The notes: generated from the letters alone by a model not told the origin. A DNA stretch of 32,000 nucleotides from Erysipelothrix larvae (GCF_001545095.1 NZ_CP013213.1:810001-842000); one strand, 5' to 3'. Counted from the stretch's first letter, positions 10,201 to 19,135 are shown. Translations and numbers: made by a program.

Positions 10201-10392
10201 CTACATGAAGAGGGTACGCGTGTTGACTTTGTAAACAAAGTTATTGAAGTGAAGAAGCCAAGTGTCGAAGCTGACTTGCCAAGTACTGGTGTTCATGCTA
10301 TTCACCAGACTGTTTACACACTCATGTTAGTTGGTGGATTTAGTATGTTGCTTTTTACTGAGTCAGAAAACAAACGAAACAAAAGAACCTAA
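7201..10392 (+). CDS. LPXTG-anchored cell-wall surface protein with PA14/fibro-slime-like domain and pilin/CnaB-like stalk domains
   Basis: GAGGGA RBS precedes the ATG at 7201, and the signal peptide is MELKKRLVKHFRTRFIVVPLSLALALSGFGISTISA. The motif FTFSGDDDFWLYINQQLVIDLGGTHG...YSLDFFYAERHTHESNLMLSTNL is present. The C-terminal segments GTYIYRVSEV.. and YKIQEKDHANY.. look pilin-like. LPSTG, a hydrophobic helix and the KRNKRT tail close the protein. Confidence 0.85.
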   Translation: MELKKRLVKHFRTRFIVVPLSLALALSGFGISTISATGKNVSSNGISHYDGVPASFYKDDKDIADSLDIDISIWDHRQDAVHFQAGTLNNGFEQGLLQKTLGSDGFPVASGKTPTYPANDFTSSSSRDFASWWTGDSRVNDDFSNHNGWEQQSLPNAFGNGTPENFYHYKDMQDFYDSVIWMSDWSSYWDITWMKTGNYVGWYNFKDGFYAPMNQDENGGTDINGFPLEYFAYNVSVYKYLADPTKYTSQDEGFVTTMTNLKYPRWYFEVDNMNDTRSDDRSAVGVGFGQYFLYNVKHRSEQPLDDVNGGLGAPGAFDQAFPGNYVESGNPGESGFDSGTFPNYNTETYSFYSAKKQTADESLVLDPVKGHLTLKYDEHTKSYVYDSDLNDYNGTSGFYPLNVGVDGVTLYDDTYRAIAGSFSHNDMTLGVKTTDGVSEFPWADELWSNELATDDLGDTLNFHFSVKGSSEFTYYGEGESFTFSGDDDFWLYINQQLVIDLGGTHGELSCTATFLPDGMVHISAVTDTEGNELAPEQTLSLGLVKGRTYSLDFFYAERHTHESNLMLSTNLTHDKFSVNKTATLNNEGTEVSYLVEVTNEMEDVLLTIVKVADWMNRGNSFNKDGEFVKFNTEGAPTIEISRDKKTWLPLDLGTPSSDEAGFKVLSHFSEHNTQEGIDLEAGAKVYFRYTYTLTEEDYEHKEIYNVFSVTTKNPKDDDAVVDVGKGGVDLDTSRPSIIKVFNVDDGVAIPNATFKFNTTPISKDGIDYDGTNMPDISDASTTYDSQSQDLLRRRIMIKLPDFSQEGTYIYRVSEVLDTYELDDDERLTYATNVYYLTMIVVDDGNNQYGLKGFEYSNDLDGLDKVETMVFMNSYTKIPDVVNETSSLIISKTIEGSEEISNQKFDFNILINAPTETTLTTFTYVIVDANGNVGAKQTGLYNANFTISLAHGEHAKFDDLLLNATYKIQEKDHANYNVSYTITNGDVVGTSQEGTDTDVQLLHEEGTRVDFVNKVIEVKKPSVEADLPSTGVHAIHQTVYTLMLVGGFSMLLFTESENKRNKRT

Positions 10393-11063
10393 ATAAGCTA
10401 CAAACCTGCCCTATCTTTGTACATCAGAAAAAAACAACACCGAGTAGCTTGTATAAAACCTATATGATGTATGTTGTGCGGCTAAATAAAAAAAACACTT
10501 TGTCAAACCTATGGTATTTACTTCGTACCGAGTCTTTGATGAAGTGTCTCTTTTTTGATCGACATTATCTATCAAAGCAATCTTGTAAGGGTCTTGGATA
10601 AATAAATCGAATTAGATTTCTTGTATTAAGATATGTACGTTTTGATGCAATAAATGTATGCTCATTACTTTCGAATGCTTTTGGTGCAACAATAACTCTG
10701 GCAAGAATCTAAGATAAAGATTTGACTCAACACAAGGGAACACCATGAATGAAATTCAAATAGAGAATCCTAAATAAAGATAAGACTTTGCTGGTGAAAC
10801 CATAGATAATCAGTTGATGAGAAATCGCTTGTACAAAGATTATACGATTACGATGGACATTGAATGCATAAAGCTCACCACCATTCCCTTCTCAGTCATG
10901 GATATAACTGCACAAACAGGTCACAGTTATTTCCAATCCTTCATCAGGATCAAAAATTTAAGGTGGTATAATCATACTATAACCGTTTTTATAAAAGGGT
11001 GAAGATGTATGTATGGTGAAGCAAGAATTAAGTGAATCAATCAGAAAAAGGGGGAAAGCATGA

Positions 11064-12398
11064 ATGAATAAACAGGTGAATCAATTACGAATCAAAGGGT
11101 GGATTGTGGGGGTTCTTTATGCACTGTGTGTAATATGTCCTTGGATCATTCAATCCGGTGTGTCTTTTCTGTTTAAAGTCTTCTCAGCAATCTTCCTAAT
11201 AGTTTTTAACCTTACAGCTTCAAAGGCTGCTCTGAACCGTTTAAAACACATTCAGTTATCAAAGGGTTATTATCTACTGCGTGCGTTCTCGTCGTTTCTT
11301 GTCGTTTATATAGGGGTAGTATGGCTTAATGTCACCCATCTTCTTAGTATGAATAGGTGGTCTATCGCAGCTTTTATAATCTGGTCACTTGGATGGGGTG
11401 CGGTTCTTTTTTGGAATGGCATGATTCGTATATTCACGACTTCAGTACAATTAGGGATTCGATCACGAACTGTTGGAACGATCCTAGGTATGATACCCAT
11501 TCTGAATCTTATTATGATGTTTTGGTGGTTACATCTTGTACATGATGAATTAATATTTGAAGGGGATATTGAAAGGGAATATGAGGTGTGTTCTCGCAAT
11601 GAATGTGAAACACAGTACCCAATTTTACTGGTTCATGGCGTATTCTTCAGGGACACAAAACTCATGAATTATTGGGGACGAATCCCACACCACTTAATTC
11701 AAAAAGGGGCACGTATCTATTATGGAAATCAAGAATCAGCACAAAGTGTTGAAGAAAGTGCACTTTCCTTAAAAAAACGGATACATGAAGTACTGGAAGA
11801 AAGCGAATGTGACAAAGTGAATATTATTGCGCATTCAAAAGGAGGACTAGATGCACGGTATGCAATATCGTGCTTAGAAATGAGTCCCTATGTTGCTTCC
11901 CTGACTACGATAAATACCCCACATAATGGGTGCAGGTATGCAGAAGTAATCCTTGATCATGCGCCAAATAAATTCGTTAGTGGTGTTGCACATATCTATG
12001 ACATGATATTTAAACGTTTAGGGGATAAAAACCCAGATTTTGTATCGTCAGTCATTGATCTCACAGAATCACGGTGCCTTAGTTTACGTAAGATTATGGT
12101 AGATTCAGATGATGTATATTATCAAACAGTGATGTCATGTTTAACAAATAGATACTCTGCACGATTCCCACTTTCCTTTGTCTATGATCTTGCGAAGCAT
12201 TATGATCGTGAGAATGATGGACTCGTATCAATTGAATCAGGTTTAGCATTTCAAAACCCTACGTTAATCAGACCCACAACTCGACGTGGGATATCTCACG
12301 CTGATATGATTGATCTACACCGAGAAAACATAAAGGGGTTTGATGTCAGACGCTTTTATGAAGGACTTATTGTTTCGCTAAAGCAAAAGGGTTATTAA
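11064..12398 (+). CDS. Membrane-anchored alpha/beta-hydrolase (lipase/esterase family)
   Basis: GGGGGA RBS is present. The N-terminal ~170 aa carry about 5 hydrophobic helices. These are followed by PILLVHGVFF and the nucleophile elbow IIAHSKGGLD (GxSxG type). Confidence 0.7.
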   Translation: MNKQVNQLRIKGWIVGVLYALCVICPWIIQSGVSFLFKVFSAIFLIVFNLTASKAALNRLKHIQLSKGYYLLRAFSSFLVVYIGVVWLNVTHLLSMNRWSIAAFIIWSLGWGAVLFWNGMIRIFTTSVQLGIRSRTVGTILGMIPILNLIMMFWWLHLVHDELIFEGDIEREYEVCSRNECETQYPILLVHGVFFRDTKLMNYWGRIPHHLIQKGARIYYGNQESAQSVEESALSLKKRIHEVLEESECDKVNIIAHSKGGLDARYAISCLEMSPYVASLTTINTPHNGCRYAEVILDHAPNKFVSGVAHIYDMIFKRLGDKNPDFVSSVIDLTESRCLSLRKIMVDSDDVYYQTVMSCLTNRYSARFPLSFVYDLAKHYDRENDGLVSIESGLAFQNPTLIRPTTRRGISHADMIDLHRENIKGFDVRRFYEGLIVSLKQKGY

Positions 12399-12641
12399 AG
12401 TGTTTCCAATTGTAATTTGAATTATTAAAAACATATGAAAAAACCAACAATCCCTTGAATACTTACAAATAAGGGGGACTAAAGAACTGAAGGGAACACC
12501 AAGAAACAACCATAAAACATAAATGGGAGAATGATACTTAAAAATAAGTTAACTTAACTGATGGAAATTCTGTTTTTAAATTTTGTATGGTATTTTTCAT
12601 GATTTTTGATACAATTAGTACATAAGAAATGGAGTGGTTCA

Positions 12642-13043
12642 ATGAAAGAGCATGTTATTCGTTTGATGCCTGGAGATGATTTGATCGGGGCACTAGAGAA
12701 TTACTGCCAAAAGTATGAAATAGAAGCCGCATATATTGGAACATGTGTTGGTAGTTTATCACAAGTACGTTTTAGAAAAGGACACTCTAAAACTGTTAAT
12801 ACAATTATTGGTCCACTGGAAATTGTATCGTGTGTTGGAACACTATCAAAAGGTGGCAATCACATTCATGCTTCGGTCAGTGATGAAGACTTTTATGTAC
12901 GAGGCGGACATCTTGTTCAAGGTTGTATTGTTCAATCTACAGCAGAAATCGTCCTTGTTCAACTTGAAAATTATGAACTTAGTCGTTCAAAAGACGTATC
13001 AGGTTATAAAACACTCATTATCAACGAGTTACAAAAATCTTAA
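12642..13043 (+). CDS. PPC (DUF296) domain protein
   Basis: The ATG at 12642 has a GGAG RBS; the longer TTG start at 12606 has none. The sequence pattern MKEHVIRLMPGDDL....GSLS.V.F....GPLEIVS..GT......HIH.SVSD..G...GGHL resembles the PPC domain. Confidence 0.65.
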   Translation: MKEHVIRLMPGDDLIGALENYCQKYEIEAAYIGTCVGSLSQVRFRKGHSKTVNTIIGPLEIVSCVGTLSKGGNHIHASVSDEDFYVRGGHLVQGCIVQSTAEIVLVQLENYELSRSKDVSGYKTLIINELQKS

Positions 13044-13080
13044 TGAAATCATTACAGTCAATTTATTGGCTGTAATTTAT

Positions 13081-13156
13081 GCCGACGTAGCTCCAACGGT
13101 AGAGCAATCCACTCGTAATGGATAGGTTGCCAGTTCGAATCTGGCCGTCGGCACCA
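13081..13156 (+). tRNA. tRNA-Thr: tRNA-Thr(CGU)
   Basis: GCCGACGTAGCTCCAACGGTAGAGCAATCCACTCGTAATGGATAGGTTGCCAGTTCGAATCTGGCCGTCGGCACCA has a 7-bp acceptor stem, anticodon loop CTCGTAA, and an encoded CCA. Confidence 0.9.
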
Positions 13157-13168
13157 GTAAAACATACA

Positions 13169-13199
13169 CAACACTTGGATCATCTTCTAAGTGTTTTTT
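13169..13199 (+). terminator. Terminator after tRNA-Thr
   Basis: The stem acactt...aagtgt is followed by TTTTTT. Confidence 0.6.
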
Positions 13200-13321
13200 A
13201 TTGCTTGTGAGATCGAATGATTTTCAAAGTTAATATCGAAATAATCAATGATTTACACTCCAATCACTGTGTTATAAAAGGGTTTGACGCAATCTGCTTA
13301 CATCATGCTTTTTGATAGTAA

Positions 13322-13350
13322 TTGAATGGCAAAAAACTGAATGATATAAT
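13322..13350 (+). promoter_or_regulatory. Promoter of the bgl operon
   Basis: TTGAAT, a 17-nt spacer, then TATAAT, ending 10 nt upstream of the RAT element. Confidence 0.55.
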
Positions 13351-13360
13351 ATTTGTAGTT

Positions 13361-13389
13361 GGATTGTAACTGAGATGTCAGGCAATACC
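13361..13389 (+). promoter_or_regulatory. RAT (ribonucleic antiterminator) element for a BglG/LicT-type antiterminator
   Basis: GGATTGTAACTGAGATGTCAGGCAATACC closely matches the Bacillus RAT consensus GGATTGTTACTG....GCAGGCAAAACC. Its 3' end overlaps the left arm of the following terminator. Confidence 0.8.
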
Positions 13390-13429
13390 TAGAGCAACAT
13401 TTTTATAATGTTCCTTTAGGTATTTTTTT
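13385..13429 (+). terminator. Conditional terminator controlled by the RAT element
   Basis: ATACCTA-gagc-AACAT-ttttata-ATGTT-cctt-TAGGTAT is followed by TTTTTTT. Confidence 0.75.
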
Positions 13430-13449
13430 ATAAGAGGGGAGGTGGCGTG

Positions 13450-14319
13450 ATGTATACGGTCAAAAAGGTTTTTAATAATAACATCGCTTTGGTGGAAGAC
13501 GATTTTCATGATGAATTTATTCTACTTGGCAATGGATTGGCGTTTCAAAAGAAAGGGGGAGATGTGATTGATGCGTCAAAGATTGACAAAAAATTTTCGC
13601 TCGATGCTGAAGCATTCACTCAGAAGTTTAGCCAATTATTCAGCGAAATCCCAATTGTCTATATTGAACTAGCAATGCATGTAATTGAGAACGCTGAGAA
13701 AGCGTTGAATGTTGAATTTAATGAAATGATCTATATTGGACTCAGTGATCATTTACGTTATGCGATTGAGCGTGCTAAAGAACGTCTAGATATGCCAAAT
13801 GTTATGTTATGGGAAATCCGACGGTTTTACCCCAAAGAATACGCAGCTGCACTCAAAGCAATTGAACAAATTTATTATTATGAAAACGTTTGGTTGAGTG
13901 ATAACGAAGCAGGATATATTGCGCTACATTTCGTGAATGCTCAAATTGATTCGCCAAAAATGAGTCTTACCATTGAGTTGACGACAATCATTATGGATAT
14001 CATGAAAATAGTTCAGTTACAATTCAAAATAGAGATCGATCAATCATCCCTTAGTTACACCCGTTTTGCAACACATATTAGCTATTTTGTAAGACGGCTT
14101 ATGCAAGGGGAATTATCTGAAAGTGATGATAGTTTCATTTTCGAACAGATGGTTCAAAAGTATCCAGATACATTTCGATGTGCGCTTCAAATTGAAACAT
14201 ATTTAAATGTTAAAGCTGGTGTGCGTTTGACAAAAGAAGAAATTGTATATTTCATGATTCATATTAATCGAGTTGTGGAACAAAGCATAGAAAAAAAGGA
14301 GAAAATCTATGAATTATAA
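13450..14319 (+). CDS. licT: BglG/LicT family transcription antiterminator (CAT RNA-binding domain plus two PRDs)
   Basis: GGGGAGG RBS is present. The N-terminus MYTVKKVFNNNIALVEDD....ILLGNGLAFQKK is typical of the CAT domain, and two PRD-like halves follow. Confidence 0.9.
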   Translation: MYTVKKVFNNNIALVEDDFHDEFILLGNGLAFQKKGGDVIDASKIDKKFSLDAEAFTQKFSQLFSEIPIVYIELAMHVIENAEKALNVEFNEMIYIGLSDHLRYAIERAKERLDMPNVMLWEIRRFYPKEYAAALKAIEQIYYYENVWLSDNEAGYIALHFVNAQIDSPKMSLTIELTTIIMDIMKIVQLQFKIEIDQSSLSYTRFATHISYFVRRLMQGELSESDDSFIFEQMVQKYPDTFRCALQIETYLNVKAGVRLTKEEIVYFMIHINRVVEQSIEKKEKIYEL

Positions 14320-16153
14320 GGAAACTGCGAAAACAATCCTTGAACAAGTAGGTGGGAAGGGAAATGTTGCTGGATTTACAAACTGTGCAACTCGACTCCG
14401 TTTCACCTTGAAAAATAAGGAAAATCTCGACTTAAACGAACTGAAAAAAATTGATGGTGTCATTGATGTTGTTAAAAGTGGTGCTCAATTTCAATTTATC
14501 ATTGGGACTGATGTAACCAGTGTTGCCAAGGAATTACACTTATTAGGGCTTGAAGGGGATGGAGCTGGTGAAAACGATTCAAAAACAACGATGAAACCGA
14601 TTGATCGTTTGTTTGATACGATTTCTGGAATCTTCACACCCCTGATTCCTGCACTTACTGCTGCAGGGATGTTGAAGGCGGTATTAGTGTTACTGAGTAC
14701 ATTTAAAATTGTTGCATCAGATTCATCTTCGTATCTAATCTTAAGCTTTGTTGCGGATGCGGCATTTTATTTCTTGCCTGTATTTGTTGCTATATCAACA
14801 GCATTCAAACTAAAATGTAATCCGTATATTGCAGGGCTTATTGGTGCATCCTTAATTCACCCTAAGTTTTTAGCAATGGTTGCAGAAGGTACACCCGTTA
14901 GTTTATTTGGAATTAATGTACCACTTGTATCATATGCATCAAGTGTAATTCCTTCGATTTTGTCTGTATTGTTTATGAGCTATGTTGAACGATTTGCAGA
15001 TAAAGTGTCACCAAAAGTAATTAAATTCTTACTAAGACCCTTACTCACATTAATTATTGTATTACCATTTACCCTGGTTGTATTTGGTCCATTAGGCTCT
15101 TATGTAGGAAATGTACTTGCGAGTGGCGCAAACTTTTTAAATGAAAACATTCCTTGGCTTGTATCTGCATTAATGGGTGGACTATTCCCTTTGCTTGTAT
15201 TAACGGGGATGCACTGGAGTTTTGTTCCAATTATTGTTCAATCTTATGCAACATATAATTATGAAGGAATAATGGGGCCGGGTAGTTTTGTATCAAATAT
15301 CTGTCAAGGAGCTGCTTCTTTAGCGGTTGGTCTAAAAACCAAGAACAAAGAGCTGAAACAAACTTCGATTTCTGCTGGGGTAACAGCACTATTAGGAATC
15401 ACAGAACCAGCATTATTTGGGGTAACGCTTAAAGTTAAAAAAGCCCTAATTGCTGTTATGGTAGGGGGTGCAGTTGGTGGCTTGTATGCAGGGATTCAAG
15501 GTGTAGTACGTTACACCTCTGGAACACCTGGACTTGCGAGTTTCGCTATCTTTATTGGAGAAAATCCAATGAACGTTGTTCATGCACTCATCTCAGTAGG
15601 AATTGGTTTTGTGGTAACTTTTGTGTTGACTTGGTTCTTCACCGATCCAGACAGTGATATGAAGATAGAAACACAGGACAAGCCAACCTTTAAGGCGATT
15701 GAGAAAAAAGAAATTCTCTCTCCATTGGAAGGTAATGTTATAAATATTAAAGACGTAAATGATCCAACATTTTCCAATGAAATAATCGGGCGTGGTATTG
15801 CTGTAATGCCAACTCAAGGGATTGCATATGCACCTTTTGATGGGGTTGTACAGATGGCATTTTCCACAGGTCATGCGATTGGATTGGTGAACCAAGATGG
15901 TATAGAATTACTTATTCATATTGGGATTGATACAGTTAAGCTTGAAGGAAACGGATTCAAGCTCCTTGTAAAACAAGGTGATACTGTAAATAAAGGGCAA
16001 AAGCTTGTGGAGTTTGATATAGATGCCATTAAATCAAAAGGGTTTGATTTAACCTCGCCTGTTATTGTGACGAACTTACATGAAGATGTGGAACTCATTA
16101 CCACAAATCAAGAAACGATTACACGTGATGAAACACTCATCGTTTTATTATGA
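14309..16153 (+). CDS. bglP: PTS beta-glucoside-specific EIIBCA component
   Basis: The EIIB motif NCATRLRF is present, followed by a polytopic EIIC region and the C-terminal EIIA motif GIELLIHIGIDTVKLEGNGF. It overlaps licT by 11 nt. Confidence 0.9.
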   Translation: MNYKETAKTILEQVGGKGNVAGFTNCATRLRFTLKNKENLDLNELKKIDGVIDVVKSGAQFQFIIGTDVTSVAKELHLLGLEGDGAGENDSKTTMKPIDRLFDTISGIFTPLIPALTAAGMLKAVLVLLSTFKIVASDSSSYLILSFVADAAFYFLPVFVAISTAFKLKCNPYIAGLIGASLIHPKFLAMVAEGTPVSLFGINVPLVSYASSVIPSILSVLFMSYVERFADKVSPKVIKFLLRPLLTLIIVLPFTLVVFGPLGSYVGNVLASGANFLNENIPWLVSALMGGLFPLLVLTGMHWSFVPIIVQSYATYNYEGIMGPGSFVSNICQGAASLAVGLKTKNKELKQTSISAGVTALLGITEPALFGVTLKVKKALIAVMVGGAVGGLYAGIQGVVRYTSGTPGLASFAIFIGENPMNVVHALISVGIGFVVTFVLTWFFTDPDSDMKIETQDKPTFKAIEKKEILSPLEGNVINIKDVNDPTFSNEIIGRGIAVMPTQGIAYAPFDGVVQMAFSTGHAIGLVNQDGIELLIHIGIDTVKLEGNGFKLLVKQGDTVNKGQKLVEFDIDAIKSKGFDLTSPVIVTNLHEDVELITTNQETITRDETLIVLL

Positions 16154-17532
16154 AAAACGAAAACTTTTTATGGGGAGGTGCTATCTCAGCATGTCAAAGT
16201 GAGGGGGCATATAATAAAGATGGAAGAACACCTTCCATCTTTGATACCTTGCCTTTGCCAAATGAAGGAAGATGGGCATTATATGATAACCCATCAAAAG
16301 CACTTTGTGGCGACTTTGATACGTACCCAAGTCATCATGCAATTAATTTTTATGACACATATAAAGAAGACTTGAAACTGTTGTCGAAATTAGGGATAAA
16401 CTGTTTTAGAACCTCCATTAGTTGGAGTAGGGTTATCCCATCACTTGATGGGCAAGTGAATGAAAAAGGACTTCAGTTTTATGTAGATCTTTTTACTGAA
16501 TGCAAAAAGTATGGGATGAAACCTTTAGTGACATTATCCCACTTTGATACCCCCCTTTATCTTACGGAAACCTATGACGGTTGGAGCCATAAAGAAACAT
16601 TGAACCATTTCTTGAGGTACGCAGAAATTGTAATGACTGAATTGAAAGATTTGGTTACTTTATGGATTCCGATTAATGAAATAAACATGATTTTACATAT
16701 CCCATATTTAGGTGGTGGGGTGGTTGAATCGAGTAACAAGATGAAAGCAGCGCACAACATGTTGCTTGGAAGTGCTGGCGTTGTGAAACTAGCGCATGAA
16801 ATCAACCATGATAACAAAGTAGGATGCATGCTTGCAGCGGGTCTTTATTACCCTTATACATCACATCCACAAGATGTATATTGTGCGCAAAAAGAGAATC
16901 GAAAGATGTATCTTTTTACAGATGTGCAAATTCGTGGCAGTTATCCAAAGTGGTTTACTATGCAATCTGGATTGCAAATTACAGAAAATGAGCGCAATCT
17001 TCTTAGAGACTACACAGCGGACTTTATCGCAGTGAGTTATTATACATCGCGTCTATTTGCAGATGAGAACAGAGTCGATATTGAAGGGGTAGATGGAAAC
17101 TCAGCAAAGACTTTGCGCAACAAGTACCTAGACATCACACCGTGGGGAAGACAGATTGATCCATTGGGACTTAAGACAACACTTATCGATATGTACGATC
17201 GATATCAAACACCGATTTTCATCGTTGAGAATGGGTTGGGTGTAGAAGATACACTTGATCATGATTGTATAAACGATGATGATCGCATTGATTTTATACA
17301 ACAACATATTTCGCAAATGACACAAGCAATATCAGAAGGCGTGGATGTTATGGGTTACCTGACGTGGGGAATTATTGATGTGATTAGTGCTGGCGGTGGT
17401 GAAATGAAAAAAAGATATGGATTGGTGTATGTTGACCAAGATGATTATGGAAATGGTAGCAAACGAAGGATTCCTAAGAAATCATTTTATTGGTATCAAA
17501 AGGAAATAGAAAGAAGAAACTTTACTAAATAA
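16150..17532 (+). CDS. bglA: 6-phospho-beta-glucosidase (glycoside hydrolase family 1)
   Basis: GH1 signatures are present: FLWGGAISACQSEGA, the acid/base motif INEINM and the nucleophile motif IVENGLG. There is an ATGA stop/start overlap with bglP. Confidence 0.9.
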   Translation: MKNENFLWGGAISACQSEGAYNKDGRTPSIFDTLPLPNEGRWALYDNPSKALCGDFDTYPSHHAINFYDTYKEDLKLLSKLGINCFRTSISWSRVIPSLDGQVNEKGLQFYVDLFTECKKYGMKPLVTLSHFDTPLYLTETYDGWSHKETLNHFLRYAEIVMTELKDLVTLWIPINEINMILHIPYLGGGVVESSNKMKAAHNMLLGSAGVVKLAHEINHDNKVGCMLAAGLYYPYTSHPQDVYCAQKENRKMYLFTDVQIRGSYPKWFTMQSGLQITENERNLLRDYTADFIAVSYYTSRLFADENRVDIEGVDGNSAKTLRNKYLDITPWGRQIDPLGLKTTLIDMYDRYQTPIFIVENGLGVEDTLDHDCINDDDRIDFIQQHISQMTQAISEGVDVMGYLTWGIIDVISAGGGEMKKRYGLVYVDQDDYGNGSKRRIPKKSFYWYQKEIERRNFTK

Positions 17533-17561
17533 AAAAATGTTGAGATATTCTCAACATTTTT
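17533..17561. terminator. Bidirectional terminator between bglA and the convergent LysR gene
   Basis: aaaaatgttgaga-tat-tctcaacattttt has an A-run and a T-run on either side. Confidence 0.75.
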
Positions 17562-17576
17562 ATTGAAGTCATACAA

Positions 17577-18482
17577 TTATGAGTTTCCTTCAACTAAACT
17601 ATTTAATAATGCATCAAAGACATCAAAGAACGACAACCTATTTTTATCTTTGTTTGCAATTAAGTAGTTTTCCAATCGTTTAATTTTCTCATCTTCAAGC
17701 TTAACCCATTTGATACCCAGCTCATTTACAATTTCGCTTGTTGTATACGGTAAGATACCAACTGTGTTATGTTCACTAATGTGTTCGAACAGTGGCGTCC
17801 ACTCTTCGCCCTTAAACACAATTGGGCACTCAAGCTTTAAGGCTTCCAATCGGGATTCTAACATCATATAGAGTGAACAATCTTTTGACAATGTCACTAA
17901 TTCTTCATCTTTCAAATTTTCAAGTGTTAAGAATCTTTTTGACGCTAATGGATGATCATTTCTTAAGGCAATTCCTATATCAAAATAAGAGTGTTCAAAT
18001 TCTAATAGTTTTGCTCTAAACTTACTTGTGTCTACTGGTCCAGAAACAATCGCTAAATCTAATGTATCGTTATCCAATATCATATCTTGCAGTTCACAAG
18101 ATCCCCGTTTATATGTATCAATGTTAAATTGTGGATTGTGTTCATTAAAGTGTTGAACAGCATTCACAAACAACGCTGAACTAAATGGAGCAATGCCAAG
18201 GTTGATTGTACGCGGATTATTGGATGTAAAATCAAGCATTTTCTCATCAAGAGTTTTGATAGAGTTTAGGATTTTTTTAGCGCTTGTGTATAATAACTTA
18301 CCAGCTTTTGAAACAATAATTCCTTTGTTTGTTCGAATTACCAGTTCAGTTTTGAAATGTTCTTCTAAATTCCTTATGTTCCAGCTTAGTGTCGGCTGAG
18401 TAACAAATAACTTCCTGGCAGCCTTTGACATACTTTGACATTCCACAACAGTCACAAAGTAGTGTAATTCACGTAATTCCAT
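17577..18482 (-). CDS. LysR family transcriptional regulator
   Basis: The N-terminal HTH MELRELHYFVTVVECQSMSKAARKLFVTQPTLS is present, followed by a C-terminal substrate-binding domain. Confidence 0.9.
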   Translation of the reverse strand: MELRELHYFVTVVECQSMSKAARKLFVTQPTLSWNIRNLEEHFKTELVIRTNKGIIVSKAGKLLYTSAKKILNSIKTLDEKMLDFTSNNPRTINLGIAPFSSALFVNAVQHFNEHNPQFNIDTYKRGSCELQDMILDNDTLDLAIVSGPVDTSKFRAKLLEFEHSYFDIGIALRNDHPLASKRFLTLENLKDEELVTLSKDCSLYMMLESRLEALKLECPIVFKGEEWTPLFEHISEHNTVGILPYTTSEIVNELGIKWVKLEDEKIKRLENYLIANKDKNRLSFFDVFDALLNSLVEGNS

Positions 18483-18491
18483 ATGGACTTT

Positions 18492-18516
18492 TGTATATGA
18501 ATGTTACTCATATACA
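18492..18516. promoter_or_regulatory. Palindrome TGTATATGA-N7-TCATATACA, candidate LysR autoregulatory box
   Basis: Perfect 9-bp inverted arms lie 10 nt upstream of the LysR start codon. Confidence 0.4.
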
Positions 18517-19135
18517 CTCCTTTCCCCTAAATGTTTCTTTAAGATATGTATAGTTTAACATACTTTCAAGTATGTTTTTAATAAAGTCTCAACCCTAAAA
18601 TTAAATTAAAATCTAATATATAGTTTGGATATAAATTAAATTATGAGTAGTCATAAGTTTGTTTTCTTATAATGAAAGCACTTAATCAAAAGCGGAAATT
18701 GTAGGGTAAATAACATCATTTTTTACATATTTACATATATGGTTATTTACAAAAAACGGCATATACAATCTATTTTTATAGCCTTTTATACACAAAAAGA
18801 GTAAGAAAGATAAATAATTTCATTTATAACTTGATAAAAGGACCATCATTAAAATGGATGAAAGAACCGACAAAATAGAATAATTTTATATCTGAAGCTT
18901 TGGTTAATGGCAGTGAAATGGCCTCAAAAAATTGTCTATTTGTTCAATGCATCACAAAAGTTATAATGTTTAAACGAAAATTAATTTATGCTTTTTTTGA
19001 TTCCTTTTTCGTGTTTGGTGAATAAATAGACGAAACATTGATTCATAATCTATAACATCTATGGTATAGATAAATTCCATATCAACGAGGTTTCAAAATG
19101 ATGGTAAGATAATGGATAGATGGAGGATATAAAAT

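Noticed and set aside
10814-11002. 62-aa plus-strand ORF upstream of the lipase gene
   Set aside because: It has a TTG start, no SD and no recognisable motifs. It overlaps the possible minus-strand gene remnants.
12736-13125. 129-aa ORF overlapping the PPC/DUF296 gene
   Set aside because: It is out of frame with a well-supported gene, runs into tRNA-Thr, has no RBS, and its sequence is not protein-like.
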